A DNA stretch of 64,000 nt. Source: a virus (lineage: Duplodnaviria; Heunggongvirae; Uroviricota; Caudoviricetes). Both the position numbers and the translations under genes were made by a program. The stretch lies in the IMG/VR virus record IMGVR_UViG_3300043425_000840. One strand, 5' to 3'. The notes below the pieces were generated by a model, which saw only the letters and a program-made list of their open reading frames with translations, was not told the DNA's origin and made no database searches. The number at the start of each line of letters is the position of its first letter. Positions within the stretch are counted from its first letter, which is position 1. Below are positions 9,997 through 19,620 of this stretch, piece by piece.

Positions 9997-10368
9997 ATGA
10001 GAAGATTTATTGACAATTTAGGAGTATTTCATTTATTACTCGACGGAGAAACTCCACAAGAAACTTGGACGGAGGTTATTGACCAATACAAAAGGTATAA
10101 AGCACCGAATGGTGATGTGCATACAATATTATTTGATGCGGAACCTGAAGAAGATTGGGTAGAAGATAACATTGAATATATGCCGTACCCTGACCCTTCA
10201 TATGTTCCACCATACGGAGCATTAAGAAAAATGAACTACCCTGATTTGGGAGAACAATTAGATATGTTATGGCACGAAATAAATGAAAATGGTTCAATAT
10301 CATCTTCGGGACAATGGTTTCAATCCATTAGTGATGTTAAAACTCAATTCCCTAAGGATGAGGAATAA
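9997..10368 (+). CDS. hypothetical acidic protein (123 aa)
   Basis: ORF; D/E-rich; its position after the fiber genes is compatible with an assembly/chaperone role (inference). Confidence 0.45.
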   Translation: MRRFIDNLGVFHLLLDGETPQETWTEVIDQYKRYKAPNGDVHTILFDAEPEEDWVEDNIEYMPYPDPSYVPPYGALRKMNYPDLGEQLDMLWHEINENGSISSSGQWFQSISDVKTQFPKDEE

Positions 10369-10370
10369 CA

Positions 10371-10399
10371 TTGACATTTGTGAAAATTTTTAGTATAAT
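10371..10399 (+). promoter_or_regulatory. sigma70-consensus promoter (TTGACA-17-TATAAT) upstream of 10406
   Basis: 'ttgacatttgtgaaaatttttagtataat' is an exact -35 and -10 with a 17-nt spacer. The ATG follows 6 nt after the -10, so the transcript would be near-leaderless. Confidence 0.4.
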
Positions 10400-10405
10400 T
10401 AATTT

Positions 10406-10873
10406 ATGGAAAAGATATCATTAAAATTAAAAGACGTTCTTCAATTAGAGAGTGAGATTAATGGACTCACAAATCCAGAAACGGGTGAAAAATATTATGA
10501 AGGATTTATAAATCAAAAATTATCAATCATCTTAAAATATGATTTAACTGAAACTACAAAATTTTTAGAAAGTGAAAGAAAAAAAGTAGATAACTTAAGA
10601 GATGAATTAGTAACCAAATATGGTAAGATGGACAATAATGGTAGAATTGTTGTCAATATGCACATTTTCGAAAAAGATGAAAATGGTGTTATCATCTCTA
10701 AAAAATTGAATCCTGACTATGTCGAATTTGAAAAGGAATACACTCAATTATTGGATAAAGAGATTGATGTAGAATATCCCGAAATCACGAAAGAGGATTT
10801 AGTAAATGCGGGAAAAACAAAAGACAATTATATAGTTTTATTCAGACTAATAAAAAATAAGGAGGTTATTTAA
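10406..10873 (+). CDS. hypothetical protein (155 aa)
   Basis: ORF downstream of a consensus promoter; K/E-rich. Confidence 0.5.
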   Translation: MEKISLKLKDVLQLESEINGLTNPETGEKYYEGFINQKLSIILKYDLTETTKFLESERKKVDNLRDELVTKYGKMDNNGRIVVNMHIFEKDENGVIISKKLNPDYVEFEKEYTQLLDKEIDVEYPEITKEDLVNAGKTKDNYIVLFRLIKNKEVI

Positions 10874-10890
10874 CCTCCTTTCTTATTTCT
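10859..10890. terminator. bidirectional stem-loop terminator at a convergent gene junction
   Basis: 'aaggaggtt attt aacctcctt' is a 9-bp perfect inverted repeat with T-rich flanks on both strands, between the + gene ending at 10873 and the - gene ending at 10866. Confidence 0.5.
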
Positions 10891-11978
10891 ATCATCATAT
10901 TACCAATTTGATATTCACCCACCTCATAATAAGGTATTGATAACCTTAATTTATGTAAAGTCATTATGTCCATATCATCGAATGGTGCAGTTTCATAAAT
11001 CATCACGTCTACGTTATCTGTGAACGTAAATTTTGACCTTAAATCATAACGGGTATTCTTCTGTTCATTTTCAATATAATCCTCAGGAATCGTCCCTATT
11101 TCGATTTTATCGAAGAACGGTTCAATCTCCATAAAACGATTTCTATTATTGGTTGTTAATCCCATTGTGAAAGTCTTATACTTAAAGTTTTTATCCTCCC
11201 AATATCTAAGTTCATTGAATGCTGAGAATGGTATACCCCACTTTCTAACAAAGTTTCTATTAGACGATACTTCGATGATTCTTCTATCAACCCTCATATC
11301 ATCACTGAATCTTGAAGTCTGCGAAACAAAATGATAAACAATTGCCGAATCACAAGTTTTTAGTTCGTAACCTTTTAGTTTCGCACGGACTAAGAAATCA
11401 TCATCCTCACAGAAACACGGAACGAAACTAAACCCATCAAAACCACCCACATCATCAAACATCTTTTTAGTTCCACTCATAAAGAATACCGCACCATCAT
11501 ATAAGTTCTTACTGTCCTTCCATTGATTTACATAACTGTTGAAATGGAAGTAATCGAAGTCATCGAAACCGGAACCTAAATTCAATAATACTTTACCTGG
11601 TCTTAAATGACCTTTGAATATTGGTGGTTCTATTGTTGTGTAACATATTAATGTATTTGGATTTTCATCCAACAAGGTTTCTAAGTTCTCAAGAAAGTGT
11701 TCACCTAAAATCATATCGTTATGAATCAACACTAATTTATCTGTATCAACCAACTTGATTCCTGCGTTATATGTGTCTGAGAATGTTATCCTATCATCAT
11801 CGTGTATGAATGATAAGTAGTCATCATTCAACGACTCTAACCACTCCTTTGTTCCGTCACTTGAACCACCACTACTAATTACAAATGGTGCTTCAGGATA
11901 TAACAAACGAACTCTTTCATAACATTTTTTTGTTAGGTCTAATTTATTGTAGACCGCCATTACTAAAGATATACTCAT
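10866..11978 (-). CDS. glycosyltransferase (GT2-like N-terminus)
   Basis: 'MSISLVMAVYNKLDLTKKCYERV' resembles the GT2 'hhhVYN' start. It lies in the minus-strand glycosylation island. Confidence 0.55.
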   Translation of the reverse strand: MSISLVMAVYNKLDLTKKCYERVRLLYPEAPFVISSGGSSDGTKEWLESLNDDYLSFIHDDDRITFSDTYNAGIKLVDTDKLVLIHNDMILGEHFLENLETLLDENPNTLICYTTIEPPIFKGHLRPGKVLLNLGSGFDDFDYFHFNSYVNQWKDSKNLYDGAVFFMSGTKKMFDDVGGFDGFSFVPCFCEDDDFLVRAKLKGYELKTCDSAIVYHFVSQTSRFSDDMRVDRRIIEVSSNRNFVRKWGIPFSAFNELRYWEDKNFKYKTFTMGLTTNNRNRFMEIEPFFDKIEIGTIPEDYIENEQKNTRYDLRSKFTFTDNVDVMIYETAPFDDMDIMTLHKLRLSIPYYEVGEYQIGNMMIEIRKEVK

Positions 11979-12598
11979 TTCATTCTACTTATTTTAGTTG
12001 ACCAAAGAACACCATCTTCTCTAATCACAGGGTTAAATTCGGATTTCAATACCGTTTTTGATATATGTCCACCCATTTTCCAATTCAACATTTGATACGC
12101 TTGTTTAGGGCCTTTGTGAATTAAAAAATTATCACCATACCATACTTTTAATTCTTCGGGAATGGGTCGATACGAATTTTTATGTATAAAAAACAAACAA
12201 GCAAATCCACCAATCAATTGATAAATTGGGGTTAATAAAAATCTACCCTTAGGTTCCGTCCAACATCCATCACCTAATCCAATAATACCTTTATCTTCAG
12301 TTATACTATCGTGAATTTTATCAAGTAAAGACCAATCGGTTGTTATGTCATCATTAAGAAACATTAACTTATCTTCCTTAGCCATTGAGTATCCTTTATT
12401 CCAAGCAGGATTTACATAAGTATTCTTCCCTTCTTTAACATATACCAATTTTGGTATATCTTCTTTTATGTGAATCTCATCATCATTTGTGTTATCAATC
12501 AAAATCAATTCACTAACTAAAGGATGTGAAGTAACTTCTTTAATTAATTCAACAACACCATCTGGCACGAACATTGTCGGCATTATTACACTTATCAT
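11975..12598 (-). CDS. glycosyltransferase-like protein (GT2-like)
   Basis: 'MISVIMPTMF...ELILIDNTNDDE' resembles the GT2 N-terminus and acidic motif. Start overlaps the upstream stop. Confidence 0.5.
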   Translation of the reverse strand: MISVIMPTMFVPDGVVELIKEVTSHPLVSELILIDNTNDDEIHIKEDIPKLVYVKEGKNTYVNPAWNKGYSMAKEDKLMFLNDDITTDWSLLDKIHDSITEDKGIIGLGDGCWTEPKGRFLLTPIYQLIGGFACLFFIHKNSYRPIPEELKVWYGDNFLIHKGPKQAYQMLNWKMGGHISKTVLKSEFNPVIREDGVLWSTKISRMK

Positions 12599-12601
12599 AT
12601 A

Positions 12602-13600
12602 TTATTTTTTATTTTTCCAAAATGAATAAATTCCTTTATCTAACTCATAGAACGGCCAAACAAATCTTTCCCTTATCGGTTGTTGTTTTGCCCAATCCCA
12701 CATCTTTGTTAGTCCTTCCTTCAAATCCGTTTTAAATTCAAAATCTAATAGGTCTATTGATTTTTGCCAAGTAGGTATCGAATGTTTAACTTCGTGTCTT
12801 TGTTCATAATATTGAACAGAACCACCACCGACAACTTCTCTCAATATCTCATTGGCTTCATTAATTGAATATTCTTTAATACCACCAAGATTAATAATTT
12901 GTTTACTTGCTCTATTGTCTTGAGACGCTTTCCATAATGGTTCAAGACTATCATCAATGTAACTAAACGCTCTTGTTTGAGTACCATCACCAAAGATTGT
13001 CATTGGTTCACCAATCATATGTTGATACATCCAAATACCTAAAACGTTTCTGTACTTGTCCCATATGTTTTGTTTAACTCCAAATACATTGTGAGGTCGA
13101 ATGATACACCAATCTAATCCGTGTTGTTCACCGGCAATTTGAATATCCATTTCACAACCATACTTAGCGACACCATACGGGTCAATAGGTTTAGGTACTT
13201 GAACCTCATCAAACATATTACCGTCTTGGTGACCGTACACTGCCAATGTTGATGTAAACACTAAACGTTTAACATCGTGTTTAATACATTGGGTAATAAT
13301 TCTTGATGTTGCAACCAAATTGTTTTGGTAGTTGTAAGTTCTGATGAATGGTGATAACCCTTCTGCAGCATATGCTGCAAAGTGATAAACATAATCAAAC
13401 TTATGAACCTCGAAACAATTTTCAATTGGATGTTCCACCAAATTCATTTGCCAAAACTCAACCTTTGGGTTTACGTTTTCTTTGTAACCACCGCTCAAGT
13501 CATCCATACCAACGATATGTACATCTGGATGATTTTCAGCAATGTAGTCCGCTAACCTTGACCCTAATAATCCTGCTACTCCTGTAATTAATATCTTCAT
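12602..13600 (-). CDS. NAD-dependent sugar-nucleotide epimerase/dehydratase (extended SDR)
   Basis: 'MKILITGVAGLLGSRLADYI' (TGxxGxxG Rossmann motif) and the 'YGVAKYGCE' YxxxK catalytic motif. Confidence 0.8.
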   Translation of the reverse strand: MKILITGVAGLLGSRLADYIAENHPDVHIVGMDDLSGGYKENVNPKVEFWQMNLVEHPIENCFEVHKFDYVYHFAAYAAEGLSPFIRTYNYQNNLVATSRIITQCIKHDVKRLVFTSTLAVYGHQDGNMFDEVQVPKPIDPYGVAKYGCEMDIQIAGEQHGLDWCIIRPHNVFGVKQNIWDKYRNVLGIWMYQHMIGEPMTIFGDGTQTRAFSYIDDSLEPLWKASQDNRASKQIINLGGIKEYSINEANEILREVVGGGSVQYYEQRHEVKHSIPTWQKSIDLLDFEFKTDLKEGLTKMWDWAKQQPIRERFVWPFYELDKGIYSFWKNKK

Positions 13601-13601
13601 T

Positions 13602-14222
13602 TTATAATGTTAAGTAAAAGTTATTTTGTTTTTCTTGTCTTTCGATTTTTTTGTGGTGGATTATACAAAAATCTTCACTATCAGGTAATGAGGTAATTGT
13701 TTCTGCACCCATTATTCTTTCGTGAACATTACCAAACCACTTTAAATTCTTTCTGAATATTCTACCCTGTTTATCAGGAAAGTTTATCCAACCATTTTGG
13801 TTCACACTCCAACCCCACTTCCTTATATGTTCATCAGTTATACCATCAACAATGTTTATTCTTGATAGATAATATAAATCAACTTCAGGGTTAGTCTCAA
13901 GAATAGGTTTAATGTTTAACATAAACATTTCACCAACCAATTCATCGGCGTCTAATTGGAATATGTAATCACCTTTACAATAGTCAGATAATTTGTTCTT
14001 CCAATCCGCAAAATTATTTTCAAAATCCAATCCTCTCCAAGTCTGTACATTTGGTAATTTATTAAACTCTAACAAATATTCAAGTACTTCTGGAGAACCA
14101 TTTTTCTCATCAAAAAGAATTACCACCTCATCATTAGTTCCTTTTTTCTCAATCAAGAAAGGTAACAATCTTTTGATTTCATCTAATTCATTACAAACTG
14201 TAATTGCGTAACTTAATATCAT
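13602..14222 (-). CDS. glycosyltransferase family 2-like protein
   Basis: 'MILSYAITVCNELDEIKRLL' and 'IFQLDADEL' (DxD). Confidence 0.5.
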   Translation of the reverse strand: MILSYAITVCNELDEIKRLLPFLIEKKGTNDEVVILFDEKNGSPEVLEYLLEFNKLPNVQTWRGLDFENNFADWKNKLSDYCKGDYIFQLDADELVGEMFMLNIKPILETNPEVDLYYLSRINIVDGITDEHIRKWGWSVNQNGWINFPDKQGRIFRKNLKWFGNVHERIMGAETITSLPDSEDFCIIHHKKIERQEKQNNFYLTL

Positions 14223-14225
14223 ATT

Positions 14226-14444
14226 TTATGCTCTTTGATTATATCCTCCGTTTATTCTTCTTGTTAGTTGATTCACAATGTCGTTATCGATTTCACGAGA
14301 AATCTGTTCAGAAAGTGCTCTTGATAATTCTGATACAATATCAGTATAATTGACACCTGTCTCTAATATTTCTGGTCTCCAATCTACACGTAACACTCTT
14401 GCCTTTTTAGAAATACCTCTAAAAAATTTAAATTCACTAATCAT
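14226..14444 (-). CDS. small protein with N-terminal FKFF motif (72 aa)
   Basis: Starts 'MISEFKFFRG', basic C-terminus; member of the FKFF-motif set. Confidence 0.5.
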   Translation of the reverse strand: MISEFKFFRGISKKARVLRVDWRPEILETGVNYTDIVSELSRALSEQISREIDNDIVNQLTRRINGGYNQRA

Positions 14445-14700
14445 TTCCTATCTCCCTTGCAAATAATTTAAATGTTGAACCTTCATTACTTGTAAATGTG
14501 ACATTACCATCAGGGCTCGGTGATAAACGAATGGTACATTCATTAGGACCTGTTGCAAATACCGTAGGTTCGTTGTCCCCGAACTGAAAACAAAATTCAA
14601 CATTTTGAGGATAATAAGCCGCTCGACTTAATGTTAAAATTTGTGTCGGTTCTAAATCAGAAAATAAACTATTATTATCCCTTAAAAATTTAAACGACAT
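14437..14700 (-). CDS. small protein with N-terminal FKFL motif (87 aa)
   Basis: Starts 'MSFKFLRDNN'; adjacent to the preceding FKFF protein. Confidence 0.5.
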   Translation of the reverse strand: MSFKFLRDNNSLFSDLEPTQILTLSRAAYYPQNVEFCFQFGDNEPTVFATGPNECTIRLSPSPDGNVTFTSNEGSTFKLFAREIGND

Positions 14701-15947
14701 TACTTAATTTTTGTCAACTTTGGTAAAACCAAATTATGTTCTTTAGGTTGAACGGTGTATGGTTTAATTAAGTCCATAAACACTTCTTTCATTTTTTCCA
14801 TTGAAAACTTTTCTTTATTTTCTTCTCTCAGTATTTCAGATTTTTCTTTGAATTTCTCATAATCATTTTTAACTAATCTTAACACTTCCGCAAATTCATT
14901 ATAATTTGCGGTAAACCATTTAGAACCCTTCAAAATAAAACTATCAGCGGCACTTTCGTGCACATCAGTCAATGAACCACCAATCATAATTGCTTTATCC
15001 ATAGGTAAGAAATCTTTATGTCCCGACCAATTAGATGCAACGATTGGTTTTCCCGTCATTGAAAATTCTAATAGAGGTCTACCGAAACCTTCACCCTTGG
15101 TGATTGATACCATTGATTTAATCTTAGGATGATTATACAATTCATTCATTTCTTGATTAGTCAATTCACCAAATAAAAGGTACACCGACGGCGGATTATC
15201 GTACCCCTTTGTTAATTCTTCAATCTTTCTTCTTACGTTCTCACGTTCTTTTATTGAAAAAGTTGCTGATGATGTTTTAAGTATTAGTGCGGGTTTATCC
15301 TCAACATCTTTGAATGATTCCATAAAACATTTAATCATCATTCCCACATCTTTTCTATCTTGTCCGAGAGAACCTTTTAACCAATGACCAACAAACAAGT
15401 AAGCAAAATCTTCTTTAATGTCCAAATCAATACCTTTGTACTCATTATTGAATGTAGAAATATCGACACCCTCAAATAGAACTTCGATTGGTTTTTGTAT
15501 TTTATGTTGTTTAATTAGTTTCCCTGTGTTGTTTTCATTTTCATTATAGACAGTTGATAACAACACTTCTTTTGAAAACTTTGATGTTGTAATAATTAAA
15601 TCCATCCTATTACAACCATCAACCCATTCTTTAGGTGCAACGGTTGTTTCAATTCCCGCAGTGATTCCAATGTTAAATTTACCTCTTCTGGTAAATTCAT
15701 TAGGTACTGTTACCTGAACGTATATATCTGATGTGATATTCATCGGATTAATTATATTAGATTCAATCCATCTATGAAACTGATTATCTTTTTCCAATGC
15801 GGTCATCGGAGTTGACCCCCACATACAACTATCTATCTTTATCTCAAACAAATCCATTTCGTATAGTGCTTGTAACAAATCTCTTGAATGTGCACCATAC
15901 CCACTTCTTGTTTTTACCGGTCCCCTAAATAATAAAAATGGTTTCAT
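14700..15947 (-). CDS. glycosyltransferase family 4 (GT-B, retaining type)
   Basis: 'GEGFGRPLLEFSMTGKPIVASNWSG' matches the GT4 EX7E motif region. Confidence 0.7.
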   Translation of the reverse strand: MKPFLLFRGPVKTRSGYGAHSRDLLQALYEMDLFEIKIDSCMWGSTPMTALEKDNQFHRWIESNIINPMNITSDIYVQVTVPNEFTRRGKFNIGITAGIETTVAPKEWVDGCNRMDLIITTSKFSKEVLLSTVYNENENNTGKLIKQHKIQKPIEVLFEGVDISTFNNEYKGIDLDIKEDFAYLFVGHWLKGSLGQDRKDVGMMIKCFMESFKDVEDKPALILKTSSATFSIKERENVRRKIEELTKGYDNPPSVYLLFGELTNQEMNELYNHPKIKSMVSITKGEGFGRPLLEFSMTGKPIVASNWSGHKDFLPMDKAIMIGGSLTDVHESAADSFILKGSKWFTANYNEFAEVLRLVKNDYEKFKEKSEILREENKEKFSMEKMKEVFMDLIKPYTVQPKEHNLVLPKLTKIK

Positions 15948-15948
15948 A

Positions 15949-17304
15949 TTATATTATCTTATATAAGTCAAATCTTTTTCTTGGTTTATAGTTTTCAAAA
16001 ACTCTTTCAATACCTTCAATCAATGAGTTATTCATAATGTCAGAAGATAAATTCTTAATCATAAATTCTCTACCCAACAAACCTCTTCTCTTTCTTTCTG
16101 GTCGACCCTGAGCATAAACTGTTGAAATAGTATTTGCAACTTCATCATCATTAACCCTATCATCAAAAATATATGGTGTAGGTACTGAACCGTTTAAATT
16201 AATTGCCGATGGCCAAATTGGGAAAGCCCATTCACCGTGTAATGTTGAACCGTGTGTCTTTCTATCGTGTAGAGTACCAAATGTTATGTAGTTATCGGCA
16301 CTATAATTAAATCCACATTGGTCTTGTAAACCACCAGTTACATTTACAATGATTGGTGTACCCGCCATTAATGATTCTGCAGTTGTTAAACCAAACCCTT
16401 CGTTATTTGCGATGTTGATTGTACAATCAACAAGATTATAAATCTCGTTTAATTTATCTTGTTCTAATTTCAACCCTGTAAACTTAACATCATAAGGACA
16501 TAACGCTTCAATTACCGCAGGTAAGTCAGTTCCGTTCTCATCCACAGCTGCAGTGTGCATTAATAATAAACATTTATCTGAATGTTCTTTTGGTAATTTA
16601 TCACAGAATAATTTATATGAATAAATCACATCAGATGGTTGTTTTCTTCTAATATTTCTGTTGTTATAGAATAACACAAAATCATATTCCTTATCACCAA
16701 AAATTAGTTTCTTGATGTCGTCACTAACATTATCTAAAGGTTTGAATACCTTTGGATTGATTCCGTGAGGTACGTAACTAATTTGCCAATCTTCCAATGG
16801 TTTATGTGTAACTTCATCAATCATTTTACCAACTCGATGAACAATACCATAAGTCTGTTTAGATATACAACCAATCCAATCACAACTCTCGTAGTAATCT
16901 CTATTATATTTTGGGTCAGGTAAATCGTCCCAAATATGGTAATATAATATTGGAACTTGTTGTCTTATTTCGTGTTCATTATCGTACAACCATTGCCAAT
17001 AATGTGGGTCTGTAAAGTGTAAGATAGCATCTGGTTTCTCAACCGCTAATAATGTTCTTAGAATATTAATATCACCATAACCGTGGTTAGGATATATTTT
17101 AAGGTTAGCATCTTCAATACCGGTTCTGTCTCTCACATCTTGATTTATATCTACTACTTTACCAAATTCAGGGTGTTGAATTGCAGCACCCAATTGTACC
17201 CAATCGTACTTGTGAATGGTACCCAATACAAGTTCTTTCGACATAGTAGATATACCTGATGTCATTCTCAAATCATCAGATAACAATAATATCTTTTTCT
17301 TCAT
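15949..17304 (-). CDS. glycosyltransferase family 4 (GT-B)
   Basis: 'NNEGFGLTTAESLMAGTPIIVNVTGGLQDQ' is an EX7E motif; N-terminal 'KKKILLLSDD'. Confidence 0.7.
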   Translation of the reverse strand: MKKKILLLSDDLRMTSGISTMSKELVLGTIHKYDWVQLGAAIQHPEFGKVVDINQDVRDRTGIEDANLKIYPNHGYGDINILRTLLAVEKPDAILHFTDPHYWQWLYDNEHEIRQQVPILYYHIWDDLPDPKYNRDYYESCDWIGCISKQTYGIVHRVGKMIDEVTHKPLEDWQISYVPHGINPKVFKPLDNVSDDIKKLIFGDKEYDFVLFYNNRNIRRKQPSDVIYSYKLFCDKLPKEHSDKCLLLMHTAAVDENGTDLPAVIEALCPYDVKFTGLKLEQDKLNEIYNLVDCTINIANNEGFGLTTAESLMAGTPIIVNVTGGLQDQCGFNYSADNYITFGTLHDRKTHGSTLHGEWAFPIWPSAINLNGSVPTPYIFDDRVNDDEVANTISTVYAQGRPERKRRGLLGREFMIKNLSSDIMNNSLIEGIERVFENYKPRKRFDLYKII

Positions 17305-17307
17305 TAA

Positions 17308-17505
17308 TTAAAACTTTGAACCACTGGATGCTAATCCATTATGATTGTCAATCTTGTCTTTGAAATCTTCGCTTTTTGTATATAAATCTAAAGACCTATT
17401 CACTAGTTTTTGTAGGTTAATTGAGCCGTCAATTGATTTAATTTTGAATTTTTTATAAACATCATCTAAAATGTTCACACTGGTTAATTTAACTTCAGCT
17501 TTCAT
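17308..17505 (-). CDS. hypothetical small protein (65 aa)
   Basis: ORF at the end of the minus-strand island. Confidence 0.4.
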   Translation of the reverse strand: MKAEVKLTSVNILDDVYKKFKIKSIDGSINLQKLVNRSLDLYTKSEDFKDKIDNHNGLASSGSKF

Positions 17506-17534
17506 ATTTGTATATAAATTTTTATATATTATAT

Positions 17535-17566
17535 AGATAAAAAATATCGGACAGAAGTCCGATATT
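17535..17566 (-). terminator. rho-independent terminator (minus strand)
   Basis: 'atatcggac agaa gtccgatat' is a 9-bp stem, followed on the minus strand by a TTTTTT run. Confidence 0.5.
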
Positions 17567-17573
17567 GTTAACT

Positions 17574-17762
17574 TTATTGAGGTTCCTCTGACGAATTAAT
17601 CTCTCTTAACTTGTTAGCAATTTCATTGATAAGAGTACTCTGTTCTTCAGTTACAGGACCTAATTCGGTAGATGTAGTTTCTTCCGAAAAATTTATTTGT
17701 ACTTCAACCGGTAGAGGTGTGTTTTGTGGTTGAACGTTTCTTTTTTTACATCCGCATCCCAT
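17574..17762 (-). CDS. small acidic protein with N-terminal 'MGCGCKKR' (62 aa)
   Basis: ORF; first gene of the minus-strand transcription unit. Confidence 0.4.
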   Translation of the reverse strand: MGCGCKKRNVQPQNTPLPVEVQINFSEETTSTELGPVTEEQSTLINEIANKLREINSSEEPQ

Positions 17763-17858
17763 ATTGTTTTCTTTTTATATAAATATTTTGGTTTATTGTT
17801 TTTTATTCACTATATTTTAATAAAATCTAACAAAGATTTATTTAAAAATCAAGTGAAT

Positions 17859-18551
17859 ATGAAAATAGGTGTGACAGGGTGTTCACATAGTTCGAAAAAT
17901 TACGGAGGTCAACCTTGGTGGTATCATATGGGTGAGACCTTAAATGCGGAAATTATTGATTCTTCATCAAGAGGAGGGTCCAATGAATTTAATATTGAGA
18001 AGGTTAAATTTATTATTGACAACAATCCTGATTTAGATTTATTTGTTTTTCAATTAACTCACCCGGCGAGAATTATGATGGGTGTGTCACATATTAAATC
18101 AGATGAGAGAGGACTTCACTCCCCAACAAATGTTAATGGAGTTAAGTATTTTAATTTCACTACAATGAGAAATGAAAAGGCGTTTGAAACTGAATTTAGT
18201 AATTGGTACGATTCTGAAAAAGTTTTAGATTTCATTTATCAACAATCAACGATTTCAACGTATAATCTTGAATATAAAATTCTACATACAATACTTCTAG
18301 TGTACCATATTTGTGAGTCATATGGTAAGAAAGTGGTATTTTTTAGTTGGTACACTGACATTCACGAATTGGCTAAAAAATCAGGATATTTGGAATTGAT
18401 AAAAAAAATACCTATACTTTATGGTACAGTCGATGACTTCACAAAAAACAACAATGTACCATCAATACCTAACGACTCACATTTTGGAAATGAATCACAA
18501 AAAATAATATTCGATAATTTCATATACCCACAACTTAAAAACTTAATTTAA
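17859..18551 (+). CDS. SGNH-like hydrolase paralogue (Cys variant); start moved to an internal Met
   Basis: 'MKIGVTGCSHSSKNYGG', 'SSSRGGSNEF', 'NDSHFGNESQKIIF' (DxH block V). The track ORF extends upstream into an AT-rich intergenic region, so the start is placed at 17859. Confidence 0.5.
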   Translation: MKIGVTGCSHSSKNYGGQPWWYHMGETLNAEIIDSSSRGGSNEFNIEKVKFIIDNNPDLDLFVFQLTHPARIMMGVSHIKSDERGLHSPTNVNGVKYFNFTTMRNEKAFETEFSNWYDSEKVLDFIYQQSTISTYNLEYKILHTILLVYHICESYGKKVVFFSWYTDIHELAKKSGYLELIKKIPILYGTVDDFTKNNNVPSIPNDSHFGNESQKIIFDNFIYPQLKNLI

Positions 18552-18552
18552 A

Positions 18553-19254
18553 ATGGAAAAAGACTTTCAACCGGTCAAAAGTGTTTACACATCTAACTTT
18601 GAAGCAATTAGAAACATAATGGATTTGTATAAAATCGAAAGATTCGATTTGGATTGTACCTATTCTAAAGGTAATTTTTGGAAAGACCTACCAGGACCAG
18701 TTTACAAAAGTGATTTATTTCCTGTAAATGAATCAGTTGTAGAGGCAAATTCTGAAAATCTTCCCTTCGAAGACAATTCAATGAAGAGTATTATGTACGA
18801 CCCACCGTTTGTGGTTGCTGGTTCATCTTACAAATCAAATAAAGAAGGTAGTTCGATTATTGCTAAAAGATTTGAGGGGTACACTACATATAACGACTTG
18901 AAAGTCAATTACTTCAACACACTTAAGGAACTATATAGAATCTGTGATAAAGGTGGATATGTGGTAATGAAATGTCAGGACACAGTATCGGGAGGTAAGA
19001 ATCACTTCACACACTGTTTGATTATGAATATGGCTTTACAGATTGGATTTTATCCAAGAGATATGTTTGTACTAACTTCTAATGTGAGAATCAATAGTTT
19101 TGGTACTAAATGGACTAAACAAGAACACGCTAGAAAATACCATAGTTACTTTTGGGTATTTGAAAAAGTAAAACCAAAAGTTAAGTACGATTTTATAAAT
19201 GCGGTTGATAGTTTTATCGAACAGGATTCTGTGGAGTCCCAAGATACATTTTAA
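18553..19254 (+). CDS. DNA methyltransferase (N6-adenine/N4-cytosine class, DPPF motif)
   Basis: 'ENLPFEDNSMKSIMYDPPF' matches the 'lp..sVDLI.tDPPY' motif IV region of amino-MTases. Confidence 0.55.
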   Translation: MEKDFQPVKSVYTSNFEAIRNIMDLYKIERFDLDCTYSKGNFWKDLPGPVYKSDLFPVNESVVEANSENLPFEDNSMKSIMYDPPFVVAGSSYKSNKEGSSIIAKRFEGYTTYNDLKVNYFNTLKELYRICDKGGYVVMKCQDTVSGGKNHFTHCLIMNMALQIGFYPRDMFVLTSNVRINSFGTKWTKQEHARKYHSYFWVFEKVKPKVKYDFINAVDSFIEQDSVESQDTF

Positions 19255-19573
19255 CTTTATCACCAATTTTAAAGTTAGCTGCGGCTCCTGAAGGAAATTC
19301 GATTACGTGGTCACCGATACCTCTGTATCTTTTATCACAATCGTCCTCACAAGGTTGACAATCACGATGTATGTTACTTATTCTGTCTTTATTAACGAAA
19401 ACAATATCAAGTGGTATTAGACACTTCTTCATCCAAAATGAATGTGTCCCCATACCCATTTTAAAGACCATACACCCGTTTAGAGACTCTCTACCCATCA
19501 TACCTCTTTGTAGTTCATCTGGTTGGGATAGGTACTCCGCGGGGAAGGTTTGGTTGTTAATTAAGACTGACAT
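19214..19573 (-). CDS. DUF192 (COG1430)-like protein
   Basis: 'GMGTHSFWMKKCLIPLDIVFVNKD...PCEDDCD...VIEFPSGAAANFKIGDKV' resembles the DUF192 pattern. Confidence 0.5.
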   Translation of the reverse strand: MSVLINNQTFPAEYLSQPDELQRGMMGRESLNGCMVFKMGMGTHSFWMKKCLIPLDIVFVNKDRISNIHRDCQPCEDDCDKRYRGIGDHVIEFPSGAAANFKIGDKVKMYLGTPQNPVR

Positions 19574-19620
19574 ACCTATAATTATTTGGTTTTCTCAAAA
19601 TAAATTCGTAATATTAAATT

